The notes: generated by a model from the sequence alone, not told the origin. A stretch of DNA of 64,000 nucleotides from Parcubacteria group bacterium (GCA_039740895.1 JBCLGS010000002.1:258-64257); one strand, 5' to 3'. Shown: positions 29,801 through 40,034, counted from the stretch's first letter. Made by a program: numbers and translations.

Positions 29801-30187
29801 ACAAATCCGACCGACAGATTGGTCTGGGAAAAGGAACTTCTTGGTTTGTATATTTCTGGTCATCCACTAGACAGTTTCAAAAACAAACTTGAAGGAAGAG
29901 GTTTAGATATAAAAAAACTTAAGGAAACAGCTAAAGACAAACAGCCAATTGTTGTAGCAGGTATTATAGAAGAAGTCAGAGATGTAATGACAAAAAAAGG
30001 TGACAAAATGATTTTCATGCGACTAGCAGATTTGTCTGACTCTATTGAATGCGTGGTTTTTCCAAAAATATTTGAAGAATTTCAGGATATCCTAATCCCC
30101 GAGAGTTGCGTAGTGGTCAAAGGGTCTTTCTCTACAAGAAATGAGGGGAAGAGTATCGTGGTAGATAAATTAAAAGCGTTGGAGTAA
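26897..30187 (+). CDS. dnaE: DNA polymerase III alpha subunit
   Basis: HLHTHSHYS PHP, RGSVAGS, PDIDMD, KFDFLG, YGFNKAHAASY; in-frame insert ~29345-29445. Confidence 0.98.
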   Translation: MTSKFTHLHTHSHYSLLNALPKIPELVKTAKKMGMTSLALTDNCNLYGAIEFYKECRKHEIKPIIGIDAYVAYRSRHDKQGIDKERYRLVLLAENETGYRNLIKLVTEAHLEGFYYKSRVDKEILEKYHEGLIAIIPSFSNDILQSLSTSHEEQALERLNWYKKTFGENNFFIEVTHHPEMKGHTEKMALMIDFAKRTKTQVVAAHDVYYLLPEDRLARETLMAVQSNGDISEKINSGDIDDFSFISPELAKKYFKDLPEALENTEKIAERCNFTLKLGSWVFPNFIVESGLSYDDELRRMTLLGIEKRGLEKTDEVTKRMEYELKVIKDKGYSPYFLVVSDLLKFADENGIFTNIRGSVAGSLVTYLCGITKVNPLVYKLPFERFLNPERPSAPDIDMDYADNRRDEVIEYARRKYGNDKVAQIGTFGTMAARGSVRDVTRAMGLPYGTGDNIAKLIPMGAQGFPMTIERAVKEVPELKELYKKDADVKKIIDMAKKIEGSARHISVHAAGVVISPTPLTDFIALQYDTKGDNKIITQYDMYAVEDAGLLKFDFLGIRNLSILADAVHRVEKIEGIKMDIEAIPLDDKKTFAMLARGETIGLFQLNGDGMTRWLKELRPTTIFDINAMVALYRPGPMECIPQYIERKHNPKLIKFLDPRMKNILDQSFGVITYQDDVMLIAIELGGYSWLEADKLRKAMGKKIPAVMQAEKEKLLAGLIKNGMTEAKANELWKLIEPFAAYGFNKAHAASYGRVSYQTSYMKANFPAIYMSAVLTAESGDIEKIAEIINECKRMNIPVLPPDINQSFSGFSVVKGSQMSEAKTDGHLGTMYSSDSNHKNSAEEILLQKNSTEKKDSIRFGLTTIKNFGEGIGQSIITERKTNGEFKSLSDFLRRIKDKNLNKKSLESLIKVGAMDAFRDRATLLFNLEKLLQFNKEERNKENAQDSLFGLLPTHDSSEDIHLEKAPETNPTDRLVWEKELLGLYISGHPLDSFKNKLEGRGLDIKKLKETAKDKQPIVVAGIIEEVRDVMTKKGDKMIFMRLADLSDSIECVVFPKIFEEFQDILIPESCVVVKGSFSTRNEGKSIVVDKLKALE

Positions 30188-30272
30188 AAAATCAAAATAT
30201 AATATAAAAAGAAAACCGCCTCACCTGAGAAAACGACGAGGCGTTTCTCTTGGTGTGGCGGTTTGGGCAACT

Positions 30273-30659
30273 CTAGGAGACAGTTGCGAGGATCTTCGCC
30301 AAGATGGACTCGGCGTTGTCTATCCCTTTGTCAGCAAATGGTAATTTCATAAGCTTTCCTTTGGGAAAAGTGAAGTCGACTCCAAATTCTGGATGTCTCC
30401 CAATCTCCCTCAGAAAGCCATCGTCAACGGATACTGCTACAACTTTTGATTTCAGCGACCCAAGTCGCTTGAAATTTGAGACGTAGTCTGAACCACCCGT
30501 GAGGATGTTCATTCCTGAGAGAAAGAACAAGTCAATTGTTACACCCTCAGGAACATTGTCTTTGTGGCAGACGACCTTTTTGCCAAAATAGGCACGAAGG
30601 TTTTCTGCGATTGTGTCCGTGTGATAACTATCACGGACAAGAATGTGAATAAGGCTCAT
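30273..30659 (-). CDS. hypothetical protein
   Basis: 128-aa ORF with AGGAGG RBS, convergent to dnaE through hairpin 30212-30264. Confidence 0.6.
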   Translation of the reverse strand: MSLIHILVRDSYHTDTIAENLRAYFGKKVVCHKDNVPEGVTIDLFFLSGMNILTGGSDYVSNFKRLGSLKSKVVAVSVDDGFLREIGRHPEFGVDFTFPKGKLMKLPFADKGIDNAESILAKILATVS

Positions 30660-30754
30660 AGAGCCCTCCTTTTTTTATCTCCATTAGCAATTATATACCC
30701 TTTTTAACTAATTGTCAAGCATACACATAGCGAAAAAACTGTTATGATAAATAA

Positions 30755-32512
30755 ATGGAACAAACACAAATTCAACAAAATAGACACTCGCTCGCCCATT
30801 TATTAGCGGCTGCCATTTTAAAAATTTGGCCAGATGCATTACCCACTCTTGGACCTGCTATAGACACAGGTTTTTACTATGACTTTGATTTTAAGACCCC
30901 AATCTCGGATAAGGATTTTGAAAAGATAGAAAACAAGATGCGAGAAATTGCAAAAAAATGGAAAGGTTTTGAGAAAAAAGAAATTTCTATAGACGAAGCT
31001 AGAAAACTTTTTGCTGGAAATCCGTACAAACTAGAGCTCATTGAGGAAATTAATAAGAAAAAAGAATCAATCACTCTATACACATCCGGAACTGGCGACA
31101 CAGAATCCACTGACCTTTGTCGTGGAGGTCACACCGATGACATGGCAAGGACGGTCCTTGCCATGGGGTGGAAACTCGAACGAGTTGCTGGTGCATACTG
31201 GCGAGGTGACGAGAAAAACAAAATGCTCACTCGTGTTTATGGATTGGCTTTTGAGTCAAAAGAAAAATTAGAAGAATATATAAAACTTCGAGAAGAAGCG
31301 GAAAAACGAGATCATAAAAAAATAGGAAAAGAAATGGGTCTTTTCACTGTTTCGGATTTGGTCGGCAAAGGATTACCAATGTATCTTCCAAAAGGAAATA
31401 TAATCAGAACTGAATTGGAAAAAATGATCCGATATGAAAAAGAAAAACTTGGATATTCGTTTGTTACGATTCCACATATTGCTAGAAAAGAGTTGTACAT
31501 CCGTAGCGGTCATATGGGTAAATATGATGCAATGATGCCAACTATGACAGACGAAAATGGTGATGAGTTTGTAATGAAAGCTATGAATTGTCCTCACCAC
31601 TTTGAGATATACAATGCTGAGCAACATACATACAAGGACTTACCTCTTCGACTTGCCGAAAATACAACAGTATATCGAAACGAAAAAAGTGGTGAACTTT
31701 CTGGACTTTTGCGGGTAAAAAATCTTACACAAGATGACACTCACCATTTTATAAGACAAGACCAAATTCAATCAGAAATAAAAATGATTATTGGTCTAAT
31801 GCAAAAAGTTTATAGTATGTTTGGTTTTAATGATTACAAAGTTAAAATTTCAATCCGGGATCCAAAAAATAAAGAAAAATATTTTGGCAGTGATGAAGTC
31901 TGGGAAAAAGCTGAAGGAATTTTGATTGATGAAGTAAAAAAATGGGGTGTGAAATATAGTGTTGAAGAAGGTGAAGCCGCATTTTATGGTCCTAAAATTG
32001 ATATTGGGGTGAAAGACTCAATTGGTCGTGATTGGCAGTTAACGACTATCCAACTTGATTTCAACCAACCAGAAAACTTTGAAATGGACTATATCGGTGA
32101 TGATGGAAAAAAACATCGAGTGGTTGTTCTACATGTTGCCATCTTTGGATCATTTGAAAGATTTATGGGAATTATTATTGAACACTATGCCGGAAACTTC
32201 CCTGTTTGGCTTGCACCAGTACAAGTCAAAGTCATTCCTGTCAGAACAAGTCACAATGAATATGCTAAAAAGGTTTATGAGACACTTCGCGCAAATGACA
32301 TTCGCGCAGAGTTTGATGATGATGATGAAAACCTGGGTAAAAAAGTCCATGCTACAAAAAATGATAGAACTCCGTATTGGATTGTACTAGGTGATAAAGA
32401 GGTTGAGGCAAACACTGTCACACTCGAATCCCGTGACTCCGGTCAGCTCGGCCAGATGACGGTTAATGAACTTGTCGCAAAACTCACCACAGAGATTAAA
32501 GACAGAAAATAA
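30755..32512 (+). CDS. thrS: threonyl-tRNA synthetase
   Basis: RHSLAH, DLCRGGH, MNCPHH, YRNEKSG, AFYGPKID. Confidence 0.98.
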   Translation: MEQTQIQQNRHSLAHLLAAAILKIWPDALPTLGPAIDTGFYYDFDFKTPISDKDFEKIENKMREIAKKWKGFEKKEISIDEARKLFAGNPYKLELIEEINKKKESITLYTSGTGDTESTDLCRGGHTDDMARTVLAMGWKLERVAGAYWRGDEKNKMLTRVYGLAFESKEKLEEYIKLREEAEKRDHKKIGKEMGLFTVSDLVGKGLPMYLPKGNIIRTELEKMIRYEKEKLGYSFVTIPHIARKELYIRSGHMGKYDAMMPTMTDENGDEFVMKAMNCPHHFEIYNAEQHTYKDLPLRLAENTTVYRNEKSGELSGLLRVKNLTQDDTHHFIRQDQIQSEIKMIIGLMQKVYSMFGFNDYKVKISIRDPKNKEKYFGSDEVWEKAEGILIDEVKKWGVKYSVEEGEAAFYGPKIDIGVKDSIGRDWQLTTIQLDFNQPENFEMDYIGDDGKKHRVVVLHVAIFGSFERFMGIIIEHYAGNFPVWLAPVQVKVIPVRTSHNEYAKKVYETLRANDIRAEFDDDDENLGKKVHATKNDRTPYWIVLGDKEVEANTVTLESRDSGQLGQMTVNELVAKLTTEIKDRK

Positions 32513-32730
32513 TGAAAATTGTTTTCACTAATCATGCAAAATACCGAATTATGAAACGAGGTATTTCAGCAGTGTTAGTGAAAAATGTAATTAAAAATCC
32601 AGATAGCCAAAGCCTATCTGAAAATGGTATGATGGTAGTAAGAAAATCGATTGAAAGAAAAGTAATAGAAGTAGTGTATAAAGTGGACAGATCAAACTAT
32701 GTTATAATAACTGCATATTATGGAAATTAA
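32512..32730 (+). CDS. DUF4258-like putative RNase toxin
   Basis: FTNHAKYRIMKRGIS...VIITAY. Confidence 0.7.
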   Translation: MKIVFTNHAKYRIMKRGISAVLVKNVIKNPDSQSLSENGMMVVRKSIERKVIEVVYKVDRSNYVIITAYYGN

Positions 32731-32935
32731 TTACGACAAAACAGCAGATGCTGTTTACATAAGAATAAAGAAAGGAGTTGTTAAAAAAACAGCCCGTCTT
32801 GCTAATCTCGTACTCGCAGATATGGATAAAGATGGTAATGTGCTTGGTGTGGAGATACTCAATGCTTCACTAAAATTTTCAAAGAAAGAAATATCGAACT
32901 CTCTGTTTACAATACCAGTTTCAATAACTGCTTAA
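32720..32935 (+). CDS. DUF2283-like putative antitoxin
   Basis: YDKTADAVYI...DKDGNVLGVEILNAS. Confidence 0.8.
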   Translation: MEINYDKTADAVYIRIKKGVVKKTARLANLVLADMDKDGNVLGVEILNASLKFSKKEISNSLFTIPVSITA

Positions 32936-32962
32936 AAAATATCCAGACAATGATTTTTTAAA

Positions 32963-35077
32963 TTATATATCCAATGTAGCGATTTTGGCGTTGGATTGTA
33001 TGAAGGATTTTCTGGCTGGCACATCAGAGCCCATCAGAATACCAAATACCTTGTCGGCAGCCACAGTACTATCAACTTTGACTTGAAGCAGAATTCGTCT
33101 AGCGGGATCCATTGTTGTTTCCCAAAGTTCTTCGGCGTTCATTTCTCCGAGACCTTTGTAGCGTTGTATGTTTACTTTTTGGTTTTTCGGTTTGTCACCT
33201 TTCTGCGAAGGACTAACCTTCGCAGAATCATCATCTTCATTGTTTAATTCTTCATCTACATTCTCTAGAGTATCTGATATATCAATGTTCATTACACTTC
33301 CATTATCCTTTTTGAAAGTTTCCATTTCTCCCTCAGTATAGACATAATGAATTTCCTTACCAATTTTTATTTTGAAAAGTGGGGGTTGAGCTATGTAAAC
33401 AAATCCGCCATCAATAAGTGGTCGGAAAAATCTATACAACAAAGTCAAAATAAGTGTACGAATATGAGCACCGTCCACATCGGCATCTGTTGCTATGATT
33501 ATTTTGTGATATCGAAGTTTTTCAATATTGAATGTGTCGCCAATCGCAGTGCCGAGTGCAAGAACCAAGTTTTTGATTTGTTCTGATTCAAGCATTCTAT
33601 CAAGTCGTGCTCTCTCAATGTTTAAAATCTTTCCTCGAAGCGGCAAAATGGCCTGAGTCTTTCGGTCGCGACCAGCTTTCGCTGTACCACCGGCAGAATC
33701 TCCCTCCACAATGAAGAGTTCTGAATCTGATGGTGAATTTGATTGACAGTCAGCTAGCTTTCCTGGAAGAGTCATTCCTTCGAGTGCCCCCTTGCGAAAT
33801 ACAGAGTCCTTAGCAGCTTTTGCTGCCTTGCGGGCTTTGAGTGCAAGCACCACCTTTCCTATGATGGCTCTGGCGTCTTCTGGGTTTTCTTCTAGAAAGT
33901 AATTAAAAGCCTCAGAAAAAACAGCATTAACTGATGCCTGTGCCTCCACAGTTCCGAGCTTAGCCTTTGTCTGGCCTTCAAATTGAATCTCTTGAAGCTT
34001 TATGGAAATTACCGCAGTCAAACCTTCGAGTACATCATCTCCAGTGAAGTTGTCATCACTTTCTTTAATCAAATTATTTTTTCGTCCATAAGCATTTAGC
34101 GTGCGAGTCAGAGCTGTTTTGAAACCAGTGACATGTGTTCCTCCTTCTGAGTTGTAAATGTTGTTTGCAAAAGGCAGTATACGAGATGAAATATCATCCA
34201 CATATTGTAGAGAAACTTCCACGGACTCCCATTCATTTGTTTTCTTTTCAATATAGAAAACATTTTTGTGAATTGGTTTGAAATCGTGATTGTAAAATTT
34301 CACAAGTGAGAGTAACCCCCCTTCAAAATAGAAAGACATACTTGGAATTTCTAAGCCGAGCTCAGCAAAAGAATCAGACAGTTTAAAAACATCGTCGTCT
34401 TTTATTTTTCCTGTATAAGCGCTAGCATCATTTATAGTAATATGTAAACCTTTAACTAAATATGCCTGCTGTCTTAAGTGGTCAATAACTTTATTGAAGT
34501 CAAAAATAATTTCAGGGAAGATTGCTTTGTCTGGTTCAAAAGTAACAATAGTACCTTTTAATTTTGTGTTTCCAATTTTCTTTACACTAGTTTTCTTTTT
34601 TCCTTGCGAATATTCTTGTACATAAATACCGCCATCTTTGTGAACGACAACCTTACAATAAATAGAAAGTGCATTCACCACTGATGCTCCCACTCCGTGT
34701 AAACCTCCGGAAACTTTGTAGCCACCCTCACCGCCAAATTTTCCTCCAGCGTGAAGTGTGGTCATAATAGTTTCAAGAGCAGAAACTTTTGTTTGTTTGT
34801 GTATATCAACTGGAATACCGCGACCGTTGTCTGTTACTCGAATACGATTACCAGGTAAAAGTGTTACCTCAATTTCATCAGCAAAACCACCCATGGCCTC
34901 ATCACGAGCGTTATCAAAAATTTCCCAAATAAGGTGATGCAGACCGTCTTGTCCCGTGGTACCAATGTACATTCCGGGTCGCTTTCTAACAGGCTCCAAA
35001 CCCTCCAGCACCTGGATCGCATCCGCTCCGTATCCGTCTCCATTCTTAACCTTCTTTTCTGCTTGTTTTTTAGCCAT
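32963..35077 (-). CDS. gyrB: DNA gyrase subunit B
   Basis: VRKRPGMYIG, LHAGGKF, VEGDSAGG, PLRGKILN, TDADVDG, QRYKGLGEM. Confidence 0.95.
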   Translation of the reverse strand: MAKKQAEKKVKNGDGYGADAIQVLEGLEPVRKRPGMYIGTTGQDGLHHLIWEIFDNARDEAMGGFADEIEVTLLPGNRIRVTDNGRGIPVDIHKQTKVSALETIMTTLHAGGKFGGEGGYKVSGGLHGVGASVVNALSIYCKVVVHKDGGIYVQEYSQGKKKTSVKKIGNTKLKGTIVTFEPDKAIFPEIIFDFNKVIDHLRQQAYLVKGLHITINDASAYTGKIKDDDVFKLSDSFAELGLEIPSMSFYFEGGLLSLVKFYNHDFKPIHKNVFYIEKKTNEWESVEVSLQYVDDISSRILPFANNIYNSEGGTHVTGFKTALTRTLNAYGRKNNLIKESDDNFTGDDVLEGLTAVISIKLQEIQFEGQTKAKLGTVEAQASVNAVFSEAFNYFLEENPEDARAIIGKVVLALKARKAAKAAKDSVFRKGALEGMTLPGKLADCQSNSPSDSELFIVEGDSAGGTAKAGRDRKTQAILPLRGKILNIERARLDRMLESEQIKNLVLALGTAIGDTFNIEKLRYHKIIIATDADVDGAHIRTLILTLLYRFFRPLIDGGFVYIAQPPLFKIKIGKEIHYVYTEGEMETFKKDNGSVMNIDISDTLENVDEELNNEDDDSAKVSPSQKGDKPKNQKVNIQRYKGLGEMNAEELWETTMDPARRILLQVKVDSTVAADKVFGILMGSDVPARKSFIQSNAKIATLDI

Positions 35078-35181
35078 ATTTTAGATATTTTTTGTAAATA
35101 ATGTAATCTACATTATAGCAAAAAAAACTATCAACAGCAACCGAATTTGCCACCAGCAAATTTTTTACATATACTGTCTTT

Positions 35182-36348
35182 ATGAATGAAATATACCAAT
35201 CAAAAGATTTGTTACGAACTAAATTTTTAATATCTCGAGATGAAGAAAATGCCCTTAAAGAAGAACTTGCGAGGAGAACTGATGCCGAAGCAGTCCGTAT
35301 TAGACACTATATTGATATGCCTGACCTTAGCAGGACGGAAGGTAATCCTCTATACGAAATAAAAGAAAAAGTAATTTCCCTTCCAATTCTAAAAGAATTT
35401 GACCATATTGATATTCCAGAAATTATTGGGACTGATATTCTTTTTGATTTATTTGACTTTGCCCCAGACCATGTTGCCCGTAGTAAATCTGATACATACT
35501 ATGTAGATGAAAAAAATGTTCTCCGTACACACGACACTGTCATGTGGTACTACTATTTAAACCTTCCAGAAATCAAACAAAAGATTGCGGAAAATAAAGT
35601 CCTTGGGGTTATGTGTTACGGAAAAGTGTATAGAAAAGATGAGATTGACCGTAGACACATGAATATCTTTCACCAGATGGGCGGGCTTTTTCTTCAGCCA
35701 GATAGTATGGGTATAATACCAGTTGATGAACTCCGAAATATACTAACTGAAATTGTCCATAATACATTTGGAAAAGATGTAAAATATCGTTTTCTAGATG
35801 ATACTTTCCCCTATACAGACCCATCGCTTCAGATAGAAGTTGAAATCAACGGCAACTGGGTAGAAATTATGGGCGGAGGAATGCCTAAAAAAAACATACT
35901 CGAAAAGATGGGGCTCACTGGCTATAACGGCTGGGCATTCGGATTTGGTTTGGAGAGACTTGCAATCATCAGCATGGAGCTTCCTGACATTCGACTACTC
36001 TGGTCAAAAGATTCTCGCGTCACAAAACAATTAAAACTTGGACAAAAATTTATTGATGTTTCAAAATATCCTCCAATCGTTAGAGACATTTCATTTATAG
36101 TAAAAAACGATTTCATTCCAAACAATTATTTTGACCTAGTTCGAGATATTGCAGGTGATATGGCCGAAGAAGTTGAACTGCTAGATAAATATGAAAATGT
36201 AGCAAAATTTGGCGAGGGAAATATAAGCTACGCATATCGCATCACTTACAGATCCCTCGATCGGACTCTTACAGCAGAAGAAATCAACGCTTTACACAAA
36301 AAACTCGAGGAAACTACCGTCTCAATATATAGTGCCACCATTAGATAA
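35182..36348 (+). CDS. single-chain (organelle-type) phenylalanyl-tRNA synthetase: alpha catalytic domain plus FDX-ACB
   Basis: DHVARSKSDTYY, LRTH, VYRKDEIDRRH..FHQ, FPYTDPS, GWAFGFGLERLA, then SKYPPIVRDISF...YRITYRSLDRTLT. Confidence 0.9.
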   Translation: MNEIYQSKDLLRTKFLISRDEENALKEELARRTDAEAVRIRHYIDMPDLSRTEGNPLYEIKEKVISLPILKEFDHIDIPEIIGTDILFDLFDFAPDHVARSKSDTYYVDEKNVLRTHDTVMWYYYLNLPEIKQKIAENKVLGVMCYGKVYRKDEIDRRHMNIFHQMGGLFLQPDSMGIIPVDELRNILTEIVHNTFGKDVKYRFLDDTFPYTDPSLQIEVEINGNWVEIMGGGMPKKNILEKMGLTGYNGWAFGFGLERLAIISMELPDIRLLWSKDSRVTKQLKLGQKFIDVSKYPPIVRDISFIVKNDFIPNNYFDLVRDIAGDMAEEVELLDKYENVAKFGEGNISYAYRITYRSLDRTLTAEEINALHKKLEETTVSIYSATIR

Positions 36349-36405
36349 AAAGTGATAAAAACTCTTGAAATACTTGGGTAAGGGTGGTATGATACGAAAA
36401 CAAAG

Positions 36406-37653
36406 ATGACAGACGCGACAAACATGGTTATATATGTGTTTCTTTTTATATCCCTCTATTTTGAGGTGTTTATTCTTATAACATATTTTGAAAATCGACT
36501 TGGAATTAAAGAGGATAGCGAAAAAGCAAAACGCGGGGTAAAGAAATATCCAACCGTTACCATTATGGTTCCTTGTTGGAATGAAGAGCTCACCATATCA
36601 AAAACCATTCATTCTTTACTTAATCTTGATTACCCAAAAAATAAATTAAAAATTATTATTATTGATGACGGATCCACAGACAATACTTGGGAAATAATTC
36701 AGAAATTTAAAAACAAAGAACAAATAGAAATTTATCACAAGGAAAACGGGGGAAAATATACGGCACTTAATTTTGGTTTAACCAAAGTTACATCAGAGTT
36801 GGTCGGCTGTTTAGACGCTGATTCGTATGTTGACAAAGATGCACTGAAAAATATTGTGACATATTTCCAAGACAAGAAAACTATGGCAGTGATACCGTCC
36901 ATCAAAATCTGGCAACCAAAAACAATCGTCCAGTTAATTCAGAAAGTTGAATACATCTGGAATATATTCATAAAAAAAATATTATCATATATTGGGGCAA
37001 TATATGTTGCTCACGGAGCATTCTCTATTTTCCGCAAAGAAGTTTTTGAGAACCTTGGAGGCTACCGCTTCGCCCATCAAACTGAGGATATGGAAATGGC
37101 ACTTAGAATGCAATCAAACCATTATAAAATAGTCATCTCGCACGACGCTTATGTTTACACTGTCGCCCCGTCAACAGTTAGAAAACTCTACAAACAAAGA
37201 CTGCGTTGGGCTTACGGCTTTATAAAAAATTCCATAGATTACCGCTTTCTTTTCTTCAAGAAAAAATATGGAAATCTCGGGATACTTATTCTTCCCGTTG
37301 CTAGCTTATCCATTATTTCTGCGGTTTATCTTGTCCTAATGATATTAATTGGTTTCGGAAAAGCTGTTTTAAAAGGATATACCAAATTCCAAACTGTGGG
37401 ATTTAATTTCAGACTACCACAATTTAATCTTGATTGGTTCTCTATCAATACAGAATTTTTAGCAATTATCAGCCTTATGGTTTTTATAGGCACATTAGCT
37501 ATAATCCTATTATCTAGAAAAATGTCTGAGGGCAAAATAACACTTGGTATGGATTTGTTTTACTTTTTAACTCTATACACTTTTCTTGCACCATTATGGC
37601 TAGGAAAAGCACTTTATAACGCGGTCTTTTCTGTTAAAACCAACTGGAGATAA
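36406..37653 (+). CDS. GT2 membrane glycosyltransferase
   Basis: DDGSTD, DAD, TED, QRLRW motifs plus TM helices. Confidence 0.92.
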   Translation: MTDATNMVIYVFLFISLYFEVFILITYFENRLGIKEDSEKAKRGVKKYPTVTIMVPCWNEELTISKTIHSLLNLDYPKNKLKIIIIDDGSTDNTWEIIQKFKNKEQIEIYHKENGGKYTALNFGLTKVTSELVGCLDADSYVDKDALKNIVTYFQDKKTMAVIPSIKIWQPKTIVQLIQKVEYIWNIFIKKILSYIGAIYVAHGAFSIFRKEVFENLGGYRFAHQTEDMEMALRMQSNHYKIVISHDAYVYTVAPSTVRKLYKQRLRWAYGFIKNSIDYRFLFFKKKYGNLGILILPVASLSIISAVYLVLMILIGFGKAVLKGYTKFQTVGFNFRLPQFNLDWFSINTEFLAIISLMVFIGTLAIILLSRKMSEGKITLGMDLFYFLTLYTFLAPLWLGKALYNAVFSVKTNWR

Positions 37654-37663
37654 TAATAAAACT

Positions 37664-38365
37664 ATGCAAAACGAAATAAATTGGAAAAAATACTTCTTCT
37701 CATTTGTCATCACTGCGATTATATTCGCTACAGCAATTTATCTAAGCAGTTATTTCAGCCAGAAAAAAATCGACGAAATTAGAGGGATTCAGGATAAAAT
37801 ATATATTGATATTTTATCCAGTGAAACTCAATTTGCTTTGTTAGAAGAATCTGTTTGCAAAGATGTTGGTTCTGAAACTTTATCCAAAGAGCTTGGTATA
37901 TTGGAAGAAAAGCTATCTTCCACAGAGCGAGAGCGAGGTTTTGATGACCCAGAAGTACAGAATCTAAAAAAATACTACTCCCTATTAGAAATAAAAGATT
38001 ATCTTTTAATGAATAAGATAAGTCAAAAATGTAATAAAACACCCTTATCAATTATATATTTCTACTCAACAGATCCCACTTGCTCTGACTGTGAAAGACA
38101 GGGCTATGTCCTGACAAAGCTAAGGCAAGATTATCCTGATCTTCGTGTATATTCATTTGACTACAATATTGATTTATCTGCAGTTAAAACTTTAATTTCT
38201 ATCAATAAAGTCAAAAATAATTTACCGGCATTAATTATAAAGGATAAATCTTATTATGGTTTTCAAAGCATTGAGATGCTAGAAAAATCTGTACCAGAAC
38301 TAAAAGCTCTTAAGGATGCAAAAATTGCAAGTACGACAAAAGCATCTTTGATTCCAAAGAAATAA
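37664..38365 (+). CDS. membrane-anchored protein with thioredoxin-like CxxC domain
   Basis: N-terminal TM; IIYFYS..TCSDCERQG. Confidence 0.65.
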   Translation: MQNEINWKKYFFSFVITAIIFATAIYLSSYFSQKKIDEIRGIQDKIYIDILSSETQFALLEESVCKDVGSETLSKELGILEEKLSSTERERGFDDPEVQNLKKYYSLLEIKDYLLMNKISQKCNKTPLSIIYFYSTDPTCSDCERQGYVLTKLRQDYPDLRVYSFDYNIDLSAVKTLISINKVKNNLPALIIKDKSYYGFQSIEMLEKSVPELKALKDAKIASTTKASLIPKK

Positions 38366-38390
38366 TTCACTAATTTATAAGATTAGTAAT

Positions 38391-38511
38391 AAACTTCCAA
38401 ATCTGGATGCAGTTCTAGGCGGAAAGTGAAAAATAATCCGAGCCTTACTTTTTGTAAGGTGAGGATAATTTTTTGCTTTCCAACGACGAAATGCGCCAGA
38501 TTTGGAAGTTT
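38391..38511 (+). repeat. ~120-bp palindromic element (un-nested form)
   Basis: aaacttccaaatctgg...ccagatttggaagttt terminal stem, inner gagccttac/gtaaggtgag hairpin; abuts DEAD-box stop. Confidence 0.88.
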
Positions 38512-39749
38512 TAAACAAAGGTCAGAGCTTTACCCATCTTGCCGGCTCTACCAGTTCGTCCTATTCGGTGAACATAGTCCTCGTAAGTAGCTGGTAAGTC
38601 AAAGTTTATTACATGTGAGACATCGTTGATATCCAAACCTCTAGCAGCTACATCTGTAGCTACAAGAACCTGAACACGATTGTCTTTAAAAAGCCCCAGT
38701 GCTCGTTGTCGTCCAGACTGGTTTTTATTTCCATGAATTGACTCGGCCTTGAATCCTCTTTTCGTCAGATTTTCAGAAAGCTTTTCTACGCCGTGTTTTG
38801 TTCGTCCGAATATAAGAACTTTGTTGAATTCTTTTTGAATAAGCAAGGAGTGAAGAATGTCCATTTTATCATCACCGTGTTTGACACGGACAACATCTTG
38901 GTCAATATTTTTTGCAGTATCTTGCGTTTTCACTGAAATCATTACAGGGTTATTTAAAAATTCTTTAATGAGCCCTTGAATTTCTTGTGAAAAAGTCGCT
39001 GAGAAAAATAATGTATGTCTATCTTTGGGCATCTGAGCCATCATAAAACGCATATCGTTTATAAATCCCATATCGAGCATTCTATCTGCTTCGTCCAACA
39101 CAACAGTTTTGAAGTGTATAAGGTTTAGAACTCTTCGCTCTATCAAATCCTTTATTCTTCCTGGAGTACCTATAACAAATTCATTTCTAAATTTAAGGTC
39201 TCGGATTTGCTTACCGATGGGTGAACCACCGACAACGCAAGTTGAAAATAAATTGAGACCAATAATGAAGTCTTTCAACTCTTCTTGAATCTGAATTGCT
39301 AATTCTCTTGTAGGAACAACAATGAGAGCATTCTCATTTGGCTGTGAGAGTATCTTATGAATTAAAGGAATAAGAAATGCCGCAGTCTTGCCTGTACCGG
39401 TGTTGGCAATACCAACAACATCTCTTCCAGTCAAAACATTTGGAATAGCCTTATCCTGAATTGGAGTTGGTAGTACATAACCCTTTTTAATAATGTTTGT
39501 CTTTAACCTTTGGTCTATGACGAAGTCAGCAAATTTATTTTCTGGTATGTATTTTGGAGCAGATTCGATAGCTACCGCTCTGTTTACAAATCGAGCGTGA
39601 TCAATTCTGGCTGTTTTTCCACCACCAAATCCTCCACGAGAATGACTTCGTGAATTTCTTGAAGAAAATCCCTGAGATCTTCCTCCACCATTAAAACTGG
39701 GTTTTCTAAAAACCCGTCCTTTCGGACTATTATTTCTTCTTGTTTCCAT
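38511..39749 (-). CDS. DEAD-box RNA helicase
   Basis: TGTGKT, PTRELA, LDEADRML, SAT, ARGLD, HRIGRTGRAG. Confidence 0.96.
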   Translation of the reverse strand: METRRNNSPKGRVFRKPSFNGGGRSQGFSSRNSRSHSRGGFGGGKTARIDHARFVNRAVAIESAPKYIPENKFADFVIDQRLKTNIIKKGYVLPTPIQDKAIPNVLTGRDVVGIANTGTGKTAAFLIPLIHKILSQPNENALIVVPTRELAIQIQEELKDFIIGLNLFSTCVVGGSPIGKQIRDLKFRNEFVIGTPGRIKDLIERRVLNLIHFKTVVLDEADRMLDMGFINDMRFMMAQMPKDRHTLFFSATFSQEIQGLIKEFLNNPVMISVKTQDTAKNIDQDVVRVKHGDDKMDILHSLLIQKEFNKVLIFGRTKHGVEKLSENLTKRGFKAESIHGNKNQSGRQRALGLFKDNRVQVLVATDVAARGLDINDVSHVINFDLPATYEDYVHRIGRTGRAGKMGKALTFV

Positions 39750-40034
39750 TTTATTATTAATTGAGATTTTTACTTTCTCCTAGTTCAAATAAAGACTTAA
39801 TTGCCTCTAACAGTTGGAGAAATAAAATCTCAAACAGAAACTTCGAGTTTGGCTCAATTACAGACACTATATACTATCTTGGTTTATTTGTCAAATTTTG
39901 CCCTTCAAAATTTGTGTCGATAATAAAATCTCGCTTTTGTGAGGATTTTTTATCGACCAAAATTTGCCACTTAAAAAAATGTGTATCACAGATTTTTTGC
40001 CGTAGGCAGAAAAATTGTGGGACCAAATTTTGGA

